From Candidatus Latescibacterota bacterium (lineage in GTDB: Bacteria; Latescibacterota; UBA2968; UBA8231), in the NCBI GenBank assembly GCA_965197905.1, contig CBDAOB010000005.1, positions 2,368,001-2,432,000 of the forward strand: a stretch of 64,000 nucleotides of DNA, written 5' to 3'. The notes below the pieces were generated by a model. It saw nothing but the letters and a program-made list of their open reading frames with translations. It did no database searches and had not been told where the DNA came from. Shown piece by piece: positions 28,338-40,051 of this stretch. The position numbers and the translations under genes are program-made. The number at the start of each line of letters is the position of its first letter. Position 1 is the stretch's first letter.

Positions 28338-29210
28338 TTACTGGGGATAGATCAAATAACCCACGTGGTTGGTTCGGGCTCGAAAGAGACAGGCGCTGGC
28401 GGTGACGTAGAGCGTACTGAGATCTTTGTCACCGAAGGTGCAGTTGGTCGGCTTGTCCGCCGGCACAGGGTGAGTCGAGAGAACCCTCCCGTCGGGGGCG
28501 AACACGTAAATCATCGGACCCGGACCGCTATCCGACCACCCGGCCGTAGCGACTATATTTCCCTCGGTGTCAAGACACATGCCATCGATGCCCCGGTGTG
28601 GATAGAAGTTGTGCAGGACTTCGTACGGTCCGACCGATCCGTCTTGATCAATGCCGTACCGTCGGAGCTCCCTGCGATTGTCGACGCCGTAATGGCTTTG
28701 GGCGACGTAGAGCCACCTCAGATCCTGTGAAACCAGGAGGCCGTTCGGTTTGGTCGTGTCAAAGGTGACCCGTTCGTTATCCCAGGTTCCGTTTGCAGCA
28801 GGCGCGGCTCGGTAGATGGACTGATGCATCAGCTGCAGATCGGAAACCTCGGCAGTGTAGCGCGGATCGGTGAACCAGAGTCGGCCCTCCCCGTCGAAGG
28901 CGAGATCGTTGGGACTGTTCAGCCGCCGGCCTTCGAAGCTGTCCAAGACAACGGTCGTTTCACCGTTCACTTCGTAGCGACAGACCCGGCGGCCGCCACC
29001 TTCGCAACAGAACAGGGCTCCGTGTCGATCGAACATGAGGCCATTGCCCTCGTTGGTGCCCGTGCGGTCTTCGGTGCAATTTCCGGTCTCCGGATCGTAC
29101 CGCATGATCCGATTGTTCGGAATGTCGGTGAACAACAGACACACCCCATCCCAGGCGGGGCCCTCGGTGAACCCGAATGGCCCGGCCACCTTTTCGAACG
29201 TCCAGCTCAT
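28338..29210 (-). CDS. SMP-30/gluconolactonase family protein
   Basis: FTEGPAWD, FTDIP, LNSPND, FTDP, PNGL, DGMCLD, PTNCTFG. Confidence 0.9.
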   Translation of the reverse strand: MSWTFEKVAGPFGFTEGPAWDGVCLLFTDIPNNRIMRYDPETGNCTEDRTGTNEGNGLMFDRHGALFCCEGGGRRVCRYEVNGETTVVLDSFEGRRLNSPNDLAFDGEGRLWFTDPRYTAEVSDLQLMHQSIYRAAPAANGTWDNERVTFDTTKPNGLLVSQDLRWLYVAQSHYGVDNRRELRRYGIDQDGSVGPYEVLHNFYPHRGIDGMCLDTEGNIVATAGWSDSGPGPMIYVFAPDGRVLSTHPVPADKPTNCTFGDKDLSTLYVTASACLFRARTNHVGYLIYPQ

Positions 29211-29264
29211 ACAGCCTCCGATACCACCATTGAGCTTGAGTAGCCTTCACGCAGCCGAACGCTG

Positions 29265-29293
29265 AATATATCCAGCGCCAGGTCCTGCCTCAA
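29265..29293 (-). promoter_or_regulatory. promoter for the SMP-30 gene cluster
   Basis: TTGAGG-N17-TATATT on the minus strand. Confidence 0.4.
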
Positions 29294-29378
29294 GACGGGC
29301 AAGCGGGATTGCTCGGCCCAAGATAGGTGAATATCTTTGCAGCCCCGTCGGGACACTGTTCATAATCCGGAGAAAGCT

Positions 29379-30554
29379 ATGGCCGGCACTGCAGGACTGG
29401 AATTCAGGAAAGGACCAGAGCGGCCGTTTCAGGCCCTTAGAGCGCTCTCGGTCCAATTCGTCTCGTTCATGATCGAGAAGGGGCTGGAAGGGCAAAAACT
29501 CGACAAGATCGTCAATGGATTTACCCGCCACCAGACCAAGATCGTGGGTGGAGTATTGGGCAGTGCCGGCCTTGCTGGCGGGGCCTGGGCAGCGGCCTCC
29601 GTTTGGGCCAGTTCCCTCGGCCTTTGGGGCAGCCTTGGGTACGCGTTGGGTTTTGTGTCCATGCCGTTCTGGGTCCCCTTCGCCGGAGGGGTTGCGGGTT
29701 TGACGGCTGCCGGTGGAGCCGTCTACGGGGCTCTGAGTCTGGCACGAAGCAGGGGTAAAGTCCACAAACTCCAGAGCATCATTGGGTTCAGCAAGCTCCT
29801 CATCAACCAGGACGAGTTTCGCGCTCAGGATCTGCGGCTGATGCAGAGGTTTCTCAGGGCCCAGAATGTCAAGGAGAAACAGATAGAAACCCTGCTGCAG
29901 ACCTCTCCAGAACTAGCACAGCAGCTGGCGCTCAAACATCTTTCCGTTACCGAAAGAACGGACGTTGCACGCTATATCTTTCCGCTGGTCTATGTGAACG
30001 ACGGCGTAATCTCGAACGCTGGTCGTCGCAGATTTAACCGGGTCTGCGAAGCGCTACAGCTGAAAAACGGATCGGCATCCGACCTTTCGAGTCGATACCG
30101 ACAAAGACTGGATGCGCAGTGGGCTTATATGAAGAATCTCGTCGCCCAACTCAATCAGTTTGCCGACAAACTCTCCTTTGACCACCGGGAAATGGAGATA
30201 CTCCGTGAGCAGCTGGAACAGCTGGTGCAGTTCGATCCTCGTAGACCGGCGGCGGAGAAAAAGAAACTGCTGGTTGCGCGGTTGGGCGCCAAGGGCAAGA
30301 ATGCGCGGCTCAATAGGGACGATTCGATGGTGGAAGCGGCGGTGATGGGTGCCTACGCGCTCGCCCACACGGCGGTTCAGAGTGAGCGATCCAGGATCGT
30401 GCTCGCAAACGAGTTCGACTTGCTGATCAGCGACCAGGAGCTGGCGGAAGAATACAAAAAAAGCCTCAGGAACAGTCGCCAGAAAGTAGACAAGCTCTAC
30501 GACACGACCAGAGAGCAAATCGCCATGGCGGCGAAGAAGAACAAGAATAACTGA
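29379..30554 (+). CDS. hypothetical protein with Gly/Ala-rich hydrophobic segment and TerB-like helical region
   Basis: Long ORF; GGVLGSAGLAGGAW...GLWGSLG...AAGGAVYG, then LVYVNDGVISNAG...VCEALQL. Confidence 0.65.
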   Translation: MAGTAGLEFRKGPERPFQALRALSVQFVSFMIEKGLEGQKLDKIVNGFTRHQTKIVGGVLGSAGLAGGAWAAASVWASSLGLWGSLGYALGFVSMPFWVPFAGGVAGLTAAGGAVYGALSLARSRGKVHKLQSIIGFSKLLINQDEFRAQDLRLMQRFLRAQNVKEKQIETLLQTSPELAQQLALKHLSVTERTDVARYIFPLVYVNDGVISNAGRRRFNRVCEALQLKNGSASDLSSRYRQRLDAQWAYMKNLVAQLNQFADKLSFDHREMEILREQLEQLVQFDPRRPAAEKKKLLVARLGAKGKNARLNRDDSMVEAAVMGAYALAHTAVQSERSRIVLANEFDLLISDQELAEEYKKSLRNSRQKVDKLYDTTREQIAMAAKKNKNN

Positions 30555-30557
30555 GCA

Positions 30558-33723
<3,166 letters not shown>

Positions 33724-33729
33724 TTCGGC

Positions 33730-36489
33730 CTACCGGTTCTCAATCATAATTCGGCTTTTTAGATAGTGCCCGGTGCGTGAGCTGGTTGCCGCGACCACCT
33801 CCTCCGGTGTGCCCTTGGCAACAACGAGGCCTCCTTCTTCCCCCGCGCCCGGACCAAGGTCGATCAGATAATCAGAGCAGGCGATGAACTCGATGTGATG
33901 TTCGACCACAACGACACTATTACCCTGATCGACGAGTCGTTGGAGAAGATCGAGTAGATAGCGGATGTCCTCCATATGCAACCCGGTCGTTGGTTCGTCG
34001 AGCACGTAGATGGTTCGATCGTTTCGGGGCCGGCTGAGTTCGCTAGCCAGCTTTACTCGCTGAGCTTCCCCGCCCGAGAGACTTCGTGCAGTCTGTCCCA
34101 AGTGGATGTAGCCTAGTCCAACATCACTCAGAACCGCAAGGATCCTCACGACCTCCGGAATCGATTCGAACAGCTCCAATGCACCATCCACGTCGAGGTC
34201 CAGCACGTCGGCTATGTTGTGGTCGCGAAATCGGATATCCAGAACCTCCCGTTTGAATCGCCGGCCACTGCAAGTCCCACATTCAGCTTCAATTCCGTCG
34301 AGGAGATCGTCCCGACTGCCGGGGGTGCCCGAGCCGCCGCAGTCCAAACACATACCCTCGGGGGCGTTGAAACTGAAATGACCGGGGCGGTAAGCCCTCA
34401 TGCGCGCCTCGGGCATCTTGGCAAAAATGCGGCGGATGGGCAGCAACAATCCCGTGTAGGTCACGACCGTCGACCTCGGATTGAGACCGATCGGCTTTTG
34501 ATCGACACAGACGATCCGCTCCAGCTGTTCCCATCCAGTGCACGATTCGAACGCCAGGGGGTGCCGTTCCGATCCCTGCAGCTGCACTGCGAGGAGGGGA
34601 AATAACGTGCCGTGCACCAGAGAGCTTTTCCCCGACCCGGAGATCCCGGTGACACAGACCAAACAGTTGAGAGGGATCTCCACGTCCACGCTTTTCAGGT
34701 TGTGTCCACGCAGGCCCTGCAACCCGAGCCACCCTCCTGAGCCGGGTACGCGCCGAGCATTGCGACCGAGAGCAAGCCGGCCGCTCAGGTAGCGACCCGT
34801 CAGCGAATCGGATTCGCCAACCTGTCGCGGAGAGCCCTGGGCGACGACGTTCCCGCCTGCCTTGCCAGCACCGGGGCCCATATCGATAAGCAAGTCCGCT
34901 TTGGACAAGATTTCGGGGTCGTGTTCAACCACCAACACTGTGTTTCCCAAGTCCCCCAATCGCCGCAGCGCTTCGAATAGTTTCTCCACGTCGCTCGCGT
35001 GCAATCCCATAGTTGGCTCGTCGAGGATATAGAGTACCTGGGTCATTTCGGAGCCCAACGCGGAGGCCAGGCGCAGACGTTGCAGTTCGCCGCTGGACAG
35101 CGTATCGCTGCGTCGATCGAGCGTTAGATAACCCAAACCCAAACCATCGATGGTTTCCAGCGATCTCCCCAGCGCCGACCCGATTACCTGGCCGATCAGA
35201 GCGTTGGCCCCATGCGGATTCCACTCTCGGAAAAAGGCAAGTGCGGCGACGACCGATTTTTGGCAGATCGTGGCAAGGCTCTCCCCGCCGATCTTTATCG
35301 ACTTTACCTCAGGGCGATACCGGGTGCCTCCGCAGACCTCACAGGGACTATCACCCAACCGATCTTCGAGCCAGTCAAGCTCCCCGCCGGACGCCTTTGC
35401 GCGCAGCTGGTCCACAAGCTTTGCCAGCCCGGGGAACCCGCTCCGCCCTTTCTTCCCCTTCCACAAAACCTCGCGGGAAGAATCGGGAAATTCGGCTATG
35501 GCCAGCTCCAGGCTCAGGTCGTTCTTCTTGCAGAACCGGTCGACGTGGGTGAACAGATTCTCGTGACCGTACTCGCGCCAAAGGGGACCTAGCGCCTCGA
35601 TCAGGCTTGACCTGCCCCCATCGAACAACTGCTCGAACTGCACGCCACTCTGGGTCCCCATGCCTAGACAGCTTTGGCATGCTCCTTGAGGGCTATTGAA
35701 AGAAAACAGACTTTCCGTTATGTCGATGAACGGTTCACCGCACTCGATGCAACATGGCCGAATGGCAAAAGACAACTCCTCCTCTCTCCCCTCCACAACT
35801 ACCTGCGCCTGTCCATCACCCAAATCCAGTGCCGCGTGCAACGAACCCCGAAGGCGGCGGCGGGAATTCTGATTGACCGTCAGCCGATCGACCGCTACTT
35901 CCAAAGAGGAGATGCCAGAAAGACTCAAATCGTCGACGATATGCAGCTGACCCTCAATTCGCAGCCGGCGGTACCCACTGCGTTCCACCCAGTCGGCCAG
36001 TTCCTCGTCGGACTCCCCCTTTTGACGACGACGTGGGGCGAGAACCAGCAACTTCGTCTCGGCCTGCATTCCCGCCAGGATCTCATACGCCTCTTCGAAG
36101 CGCTGCGACGTCACTTCCCCTCCGCAACGCAGGCAGAATGGGGTTCCAACGCGCTCGAAGAGCAGCCGCATCTGATTGTGGACCCCGGCCAGCGTCGCCA
36201 CCGTAGAGCGAGGATGGTGATGCAGACGATCCTGTGACAGCGCGATGGCGGGCAACAATCCCTCGATACTCCGTACCTTGGGTGCACGTCCCATGCGGTT
36301 GACGCCGCGTTTCGCCATCGTCCATAGATACCTGCGGCGAGCTTCCGCGTACAGCGTGTCGAAGACGAGCGACGTCTTTCCGGAACCCGAAAGTCCGCTC
36401 ACCGCGCTGAGCTGACCATGGGGAATATCGACGCTTACGGACTGCAAGTTATGTTCTTCGGCACCTCGGATCGATATGGCGGTTCTCAA
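33730..36489 (-). CDS. uvrA: UvrA-family excinuclease ABC subunit A (divergent)
   Basis: GAEEHNL, GLSGSGKTSL, FSFNSPQGAC, LSSGE/LDEPT, second GISGSGKSSL/LSGGEAQR/LDEPTTGLH. TTG 36489 with AGGAG preferred to the ORF-track start. Confidence 0.85.
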   Translation of the reverse strand: MRTAISIRGAEEHNLQSVSVDIPHGQLSAVSGLSGSGKTSLVFDTLYAEARRRYLWTMAKRGVNRMGRAPKVRSIEGLLPAIALSQDRLHHHPRSTVATLAGVHNQMRLLFERVGTPFCLRCGGEVTSQRFEEAYEILAGMQAETKLLVLAPRRRQKGESDEELADWVERSGYRRLRIEGQLHIVDDLSLSGISSLEVAVDRLTVNQNSRRRLRGSLHAALDLGDGQAQVVVEGREEELSFAIRPCCIECGEPFIDITESLFSFNSPQGACQSCLGMGTQSGVQFEQLFDGGRSSLIEALGPLWREYGHENLFTHVDRFCKKNDLSLELAIAEFPDSSREVLWKGKKGRSGFPGLAKLVDQLRAKASGGELDWLEDRLGDSPCEVCGGTRYRPEVKSIKIGGESLATICQKSVVAALAFFREWNPHGANALIGQVIGSALGRSLETIDGLGLGYLTLDRRSDTLSSGELQRLRLASALGSEMTQVLYILDEPTMGLHASDVEKLFEALRRLGDLGNTVLVVEHDPEILSKADLLIDMGPGAGKAGGNVVAQGSPRQVGESDSLTGRYLSGRLALGRNARRVPGSGGWLGLQGLRGHNLKSVDVEIPLNCLVCVTGISGSGKSSLVHGTLFPLLAVQLQGSERHPLAFESCTGWEQLERIVCVDQKPIGLNPRSTVVTYTGLLLPIRRIFAKMPEARMRAYRPGHFSFNAPEGMCLDCGGSGTPGSRDDLLDGIEAECGTCSGRRFKREVLDIRFRDHNIADVLDLDVDGALELFESIPEVVRILAVLSDVGLGYIHLGQTARSLSGGEAQRVKLASELSRPRNDRTIYVLDEPTTGLHMEDIRYLLDLLQRLVDQGNSVVVVEHHIEFIACSDYLIDLGPGAGEEGGLVVAKGTPEEVVAATSSRTGHYLKSRIMIENR

Positions 36490-36603
36490 CGTGACGCTCC
36501 TAAACGGTTTGACCAGGAACCCGCCGAGGCTGCTTGACAGAGCGGGCCGTACTCGATTATCAATTAGGAACCCAATCGGTGCGATAACTGCGAAAGGTTT
36601 GGC

Positions 36604-37344
36604 ATGCGGAAGCTGGTTCCTGCGTTGTTCTGCTCGTTGTTCTTGGCCGGGTCGGCAGACGCTCAATTTCAGATCAGTTCGAGCCAAGGCCGCAAGCTCT
36701 TCAACTCTCCCGCGACAAGCACGAACGGTCTGTCGTGTGCCAACTGCCATGCCCACTTCGACGAATCCAAACTGAATGACGGCTTGATTCGTGCCGGACA
36801 CAGTCTTTACAATGCCGCCAAGCGGACGACGTTCTGGGGAAAGGATCCCGAGCTTCCCGGGGCGTTTCCGGATATCTCCTCGGCCGCCGCTATCTGTGTG
36901 AAACAGTTTATGCTCAACGATCATGGGCTGACTGCTGAGCAGATTCAGGTCTTGCAGCTCTACCTCGATTCCATAACCCGGCGGGCTTTGCCCGCTCCGC
37001 TCCCGATCGCTCCCGCTGCTGACAAAACCGGTCGATACGACGGGTTCGAAGACGGAAACAAGCTTCTCGGACGCGACCTGTTTTATGCCGCCTGCAATGT
37101 CTGTCATCCCAACGCCAACGCGGGTATCGCCCCCAACCCGATCCCGCGAAATCGTCCGGCGTCGTACTACGCCAAGATCATTCGCGAAGGGGATGGGCTT
37201 GGTGCGGTGCTGTCGGGCGTAGATCCGAATGCCTACCTGGACGGGTCGGGTAAGTTCATGCCCTTCTTTGGCGCGGATCGCCTCTCCAAGGAGCAGATAC
37301 GGCATATCGTCGCCTTCGTAAAGAGCTTGCCGCCCTCTCAGTAA
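36604..37344 (+). CDS. periplasmic dihaem cytochrome c
   Basis: Signal peptide; two CxxCH (CANCH, CNVCH); extra Cys in AAICVKQFM; distal KFMP. Confidence 0.85.
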   Translation: MRKLVPALFCSLFLAGSADAQFQISSSQGRKLFNSPATSTNGLSCANCHAHFDESKLNDGLIRAGHSLYNAAKRTTFWGKDPELPGAFPDISSAAAICVKQFMLNDHGLTAEQIQVLQLYLDSITRRALPAPLPIAPAADKTGRYDGFEDGNKLLGRDLFYAACNVCHPNANAGIAPNPIPRNRPASYYAKIIREGDGLGAVLSGVDPNAYLDGSGKFMPFFGADRLSKEQIRHIVAFVKSLPPSQ

Positions 37345-37357
37345 GCTCGAGTCGCGG

Positions 37358-38665
37358 CTACCGCTGCGTTCGATATACCTTCCTGGTTCCCACCTGGAGA
37401 AGTCGAACGAAGTGGTAACCGAACGTAAACACCATCCAAATGACCGCCATCTGAAACCCCAAACCCGGATAGCCCACGAGGGCACCGAGGGTGAAGATCA
37501 ACAAGGTGATATTTCTGCGGGCAGCGATCAGGTGGAAGCTGGCGTCCACGGGGCTGAAATCGAAAATCTCTTTCCCAACCAGGCGTTTGAAGCTGCCGCT
37601 GACGACCTTGTCGAGCGCGAAGACGGCTATGCCGGTGACTGTCCATAACAGTTCAGCACCAGACGCCGCGGATCCAACCGAGCCCAGATACCAACCGAAG
37701 GCGGCGTACCACAACGCCAAGCCGGGCGCTGCCACAATGTGTTCGATAGCGCCCATCCTGTCGCTTAATTGAAGCCGGAGCCGGGCGAGCTTGCCGTCTA
37801 TGGAGTCCAGCAGGACACCCATCCACGCCGAAGAGATTCCGGCAGCCAGATGACCGGTAGCAATACATGGAATAGCCCCCCAGATACCGAGGATGGACAT
37901 CGACGTCAGAAGATTGGGCGCAATGGAGGTAAAGCTCAACGGATAGGTGATGCACCGCACAAGGTGGTAATAGCCATATCGCGCAACCGCGTCGATGACC
38001 CCTTTGAAGGTGCGTCGGTACATTAGCCGACCCAGCGGAGCGAGATCCGCGGGTGAGAGGACGCGTTTCATCATCGGTTCCATGGTCAGCCTCAACGCCG
38101 GCACGTAGTGTCCGATGTCACGAGAGGCGATGGTCTCCAGTTCCTTCCCGGGCAGGATAAGTGGCACTCCAGTTGTTGCCGACGAATCATCGTTGACCTC
38201 GTCGATATCTCTGACGATCTGCTTTACCTGTCCGGCAGTCAGATAGGCTGCAGCCTCGGCGTTGCGGCCAATCACTCTGCACCCGGGACCGGACTGCAGC
38301 AGGTGAACCAGTACTCGATCGTCGTAGACCACGTCCCCCTCCAGCAGAACCACATCGTCCTCCATGTGACCAAGCTCCCGAGCCAACGCGGAAAGCGTCT
38401 CGACATCAACGACGATCAGATCGAGGCGGTAGAGATGGTGCAGGTCGCGACGCCACCTGCTCACCTCATGGGCGCTAAACTGGGAAACCCAAATGTGGAA
38501 CCGTTCAACGCCAAGGAGCGCCATTTCGCGAATCTGACGCTCCACGATGTTCATGCCCCAGAGTTGATACCCCGATGCCTTGCGCCTGGCGTCGATGCAG
38601 ACTATTAGCGGACGCTTTTTTTTCATCAAATCGGGAGAGAATTCTGGAGATTCTGATCCATTCAT
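37358..38665 (-). CDS. CDP-alcohol phosphotransferase-family protein with N-terminal degenerate nucleotidyltransferase-like domain
   Basis: IVERQIRE, LLEGDVVYD, APNLLT, LDSIDGKLAR. The second half of the CDP-AP motif is altered. Confidence 0.75.
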   Translation of the reverse strand: MNGSESPEFSPDLMKKKRPLIVCIDARRKASGYQLWGMNIVERQIREMALLGVERFHIWVSQFSAHEVSRWRRDLHHLYRLDLIVVDVETLSALARELGHMEDDVVLLEGDVVYDDRVLVHLLQSGPGCRVIGRNAEAAAYLTAGQVKQIVRDIDEVNDDSSATTGVPLILPGKELETIASRDIGHYVPALRLTMEPMMKRVLSPADLAPLGRLMYRRTFKGVIDAVARYGYYHLVRCITYPLSFTSIAPNLLTSMSILGIWGAIPCIATGHLAAGISSAWMGVLLDSIDGKLARLRLQLSDRMGAIEHIVAAPGLALWYAAFGWYLGSVGSAASGAELLWTVTGIAVFALDKVVSGSFKRLVGKEIFDFSPVDASFHLIAARRNITLLIFTLGALVGYPGLGFQMAVIWMVFTFGYHFVRLLQVGTRKVYRTQR

Positions 38666-38684
38666 ACGGCGGGTTGCAAACGAC

Positions 38685-39395
38685 TCATCGCAACAGAGGC
38701 AGCACCGTCCCCAGGGCCCGCTTGTAGTCGTCCAGAGAATCTATTTCGGTCCAGGGAAGATCCCCCGCTTCCACCGCGTGAAGACAGCTTGCTTCAATCA
38801 GCTTGCCGTACGCAGATGTGGGAAAGGCGTTTTCGTGACCGCTCTCGATCAACAACTCCACCTCCGACCGCAGCGAAGCAGCGCCCTGGGCATCGAATTT
38901 GGCCAGTTGCATACTCTGAGCCATCGCAACCGCTGGATCTAGTGATTTGCTGATCCTCGTAATGCGTTGTTTCGCGTCGGTAGTGACGTTCATCTCGTTC
39001 GCCGTCAGTTGCCTTCGCGAATCTACGGCTACGGCGTTGGCAAACGGGGCATCGAGCAAACGCCTGAGCACCGAATCGTGGAAGAGAATGTCGCAATTGA
39101 AAAGAAACAGGTCCGTGTTCAGCTCCTCGCGGGCTAGATACAGAGAATATATGCTATTGGTCGTCCTGAACTGGTCGTTTTCGACGTACCGCACGCAGGT
39201 CCCCAGGTGCTCCCTGACCTGAGGTGCTTGATACCCGATCACCAGCACGATGTCCTCGACGCCACAGCTGTGCAACGCGTCGATCTGGTGCTGAATGAGA
39301 GGTTTCTCCCCGGCGTTGACCAGGCATTTGGGAAGGTTGTTGGTAAGCGGATGAAGTCGTGAGCCGATTCCGGCGGCCAGAATAAGTGCCCGCAT
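38685..39395 (-). CDS. NTP transferase, phosphocholine/phosphonate cytidylyltransferase (LicC-like)
   Basis: ALILAAGIGSRL..LT..LPKCL, TNSIYSL, FNCDILF, WTEIDSLDD. Confidence 0.85.
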   Translation of the reverse strand: MRALILAAGIGSRLHPLTNNLPKCLVNAGEKPLIQHQIDALHSCGVEDIVLVIGYQAPQVREHLGTCVRYVENDQFRTTNSIYSLYLAREELNTDLFLFNCDILFHDSVLRRLLDAPFANAVAVDSRRQLTANEMNVTTDAKQRITRISKSLDPAVAMAQSMQLAKFDAQGAASLRSEVELLIESGHENAFPTSAYGKLIEASCLHAVEAGDLPWTEIDSLDDYKRALGTVLPLLR

Positions 39396-39441
39396 TACTC
39401 AGACCTCGAGATTCTTACCGCGTCCCTTGGGCGAGGCGCAG

Positions 39442-39609
39442 CTAGTGCCCTGTATCGGAAGTAGGCTTGTGAAATGAGGACACCGAGTCGCCCGGTCTGC
39501 AAGGCACGCGATCGAGGCGTATTGGTGAAATACGCCGAGTGAGCGTAACACGGCAGAGCGGGATGAATCGGCGAATTAATACAGGCATATTTTCGATACA
39601 GGGCACTAG
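39442..39609. repeat. 168-bp self-complementary element (MITE-like, or structured ncRNA)
   Basis: Terminal inverted repeats CTAGTGCCCTGTATCG / CGATACAGGGCACTAG (16 bp perfect, extending to 25 of 29), CTAG at both ends, further internal stems. Confidence 0.6.
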
Positions 39610-39631
39610 GTTCCGATATGCCAATAGTCTG

Positions 39632-39910
39632 CTAGGCGGAATATTCGGATAGAGAGCGTTCCAGCTCGGAAGGATCAACTTGCTCACCGCTGTTCAGACG
39701 TTCAATGACCGATTCGATCACTTCCTTTGCTGCGTCGGCAGTTTTGTCGCTGCGAATAAAACCATCGAAATAATGGTCACCCGTCATCGCCGCATCTATC
39801 TCTTGATCCTTGTTGTGGTCGTCGAGCTCGGTGAAATAGACCACATTGTAGCGCTGGTTGTAGGAGGACTCGCGGTACACCTCGAACATGATTTTGTCTA
39901 TTGCCGGCAT
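39632..39910 (-). CDS. small acidic hypothetical protein
   Basis: MPAIDKIMFEVYRE...VVYFTELDDHN...DGFI; fills the gap downstream of the activase gene. Confidence 0.7.
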   Translation of the reverse strand: MPAIDKIMFEVYRESSYNQRYNVVYFTELDDHNKDQEIDAAMTGDHYFDGFIRSDKTADAAKEVIESVIERLNSGEQVDPSELERSLSEYSA

Positions 39911-39990
39911 CAGAATATTCTCGCCCCGTTGGTTTTTTCGAACATAAGAAAGCTTGAGTCGATGGTCCAGTGAGAGAATGCCCCGCGTAC

Positions 39991-40028
39991 ATAGGAACGG
40001 CGTGCTCGCTTCGCACGCCGTTTCCTAT
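39991..40028. terminator. stem-loop downstream of the PlsA-like gene (putative terminator or stabiliser)
   Basis: ATAGGAACGGCGTGC-tcgcttc-GCACGCCGTTTCCTAT. Confidence 0.5.
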
Positions 40029-40051
40029 TAACAAGATGCAGCTTGGAATTC

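Noticed and set aside
36490..37485. 332-aa N-terminal extension of UvrA in the ORF track
   Set aside because: It is the antisense shadow of the cytochrome c gene. UvrA homology and an AGGAG RBS start at about 36489.
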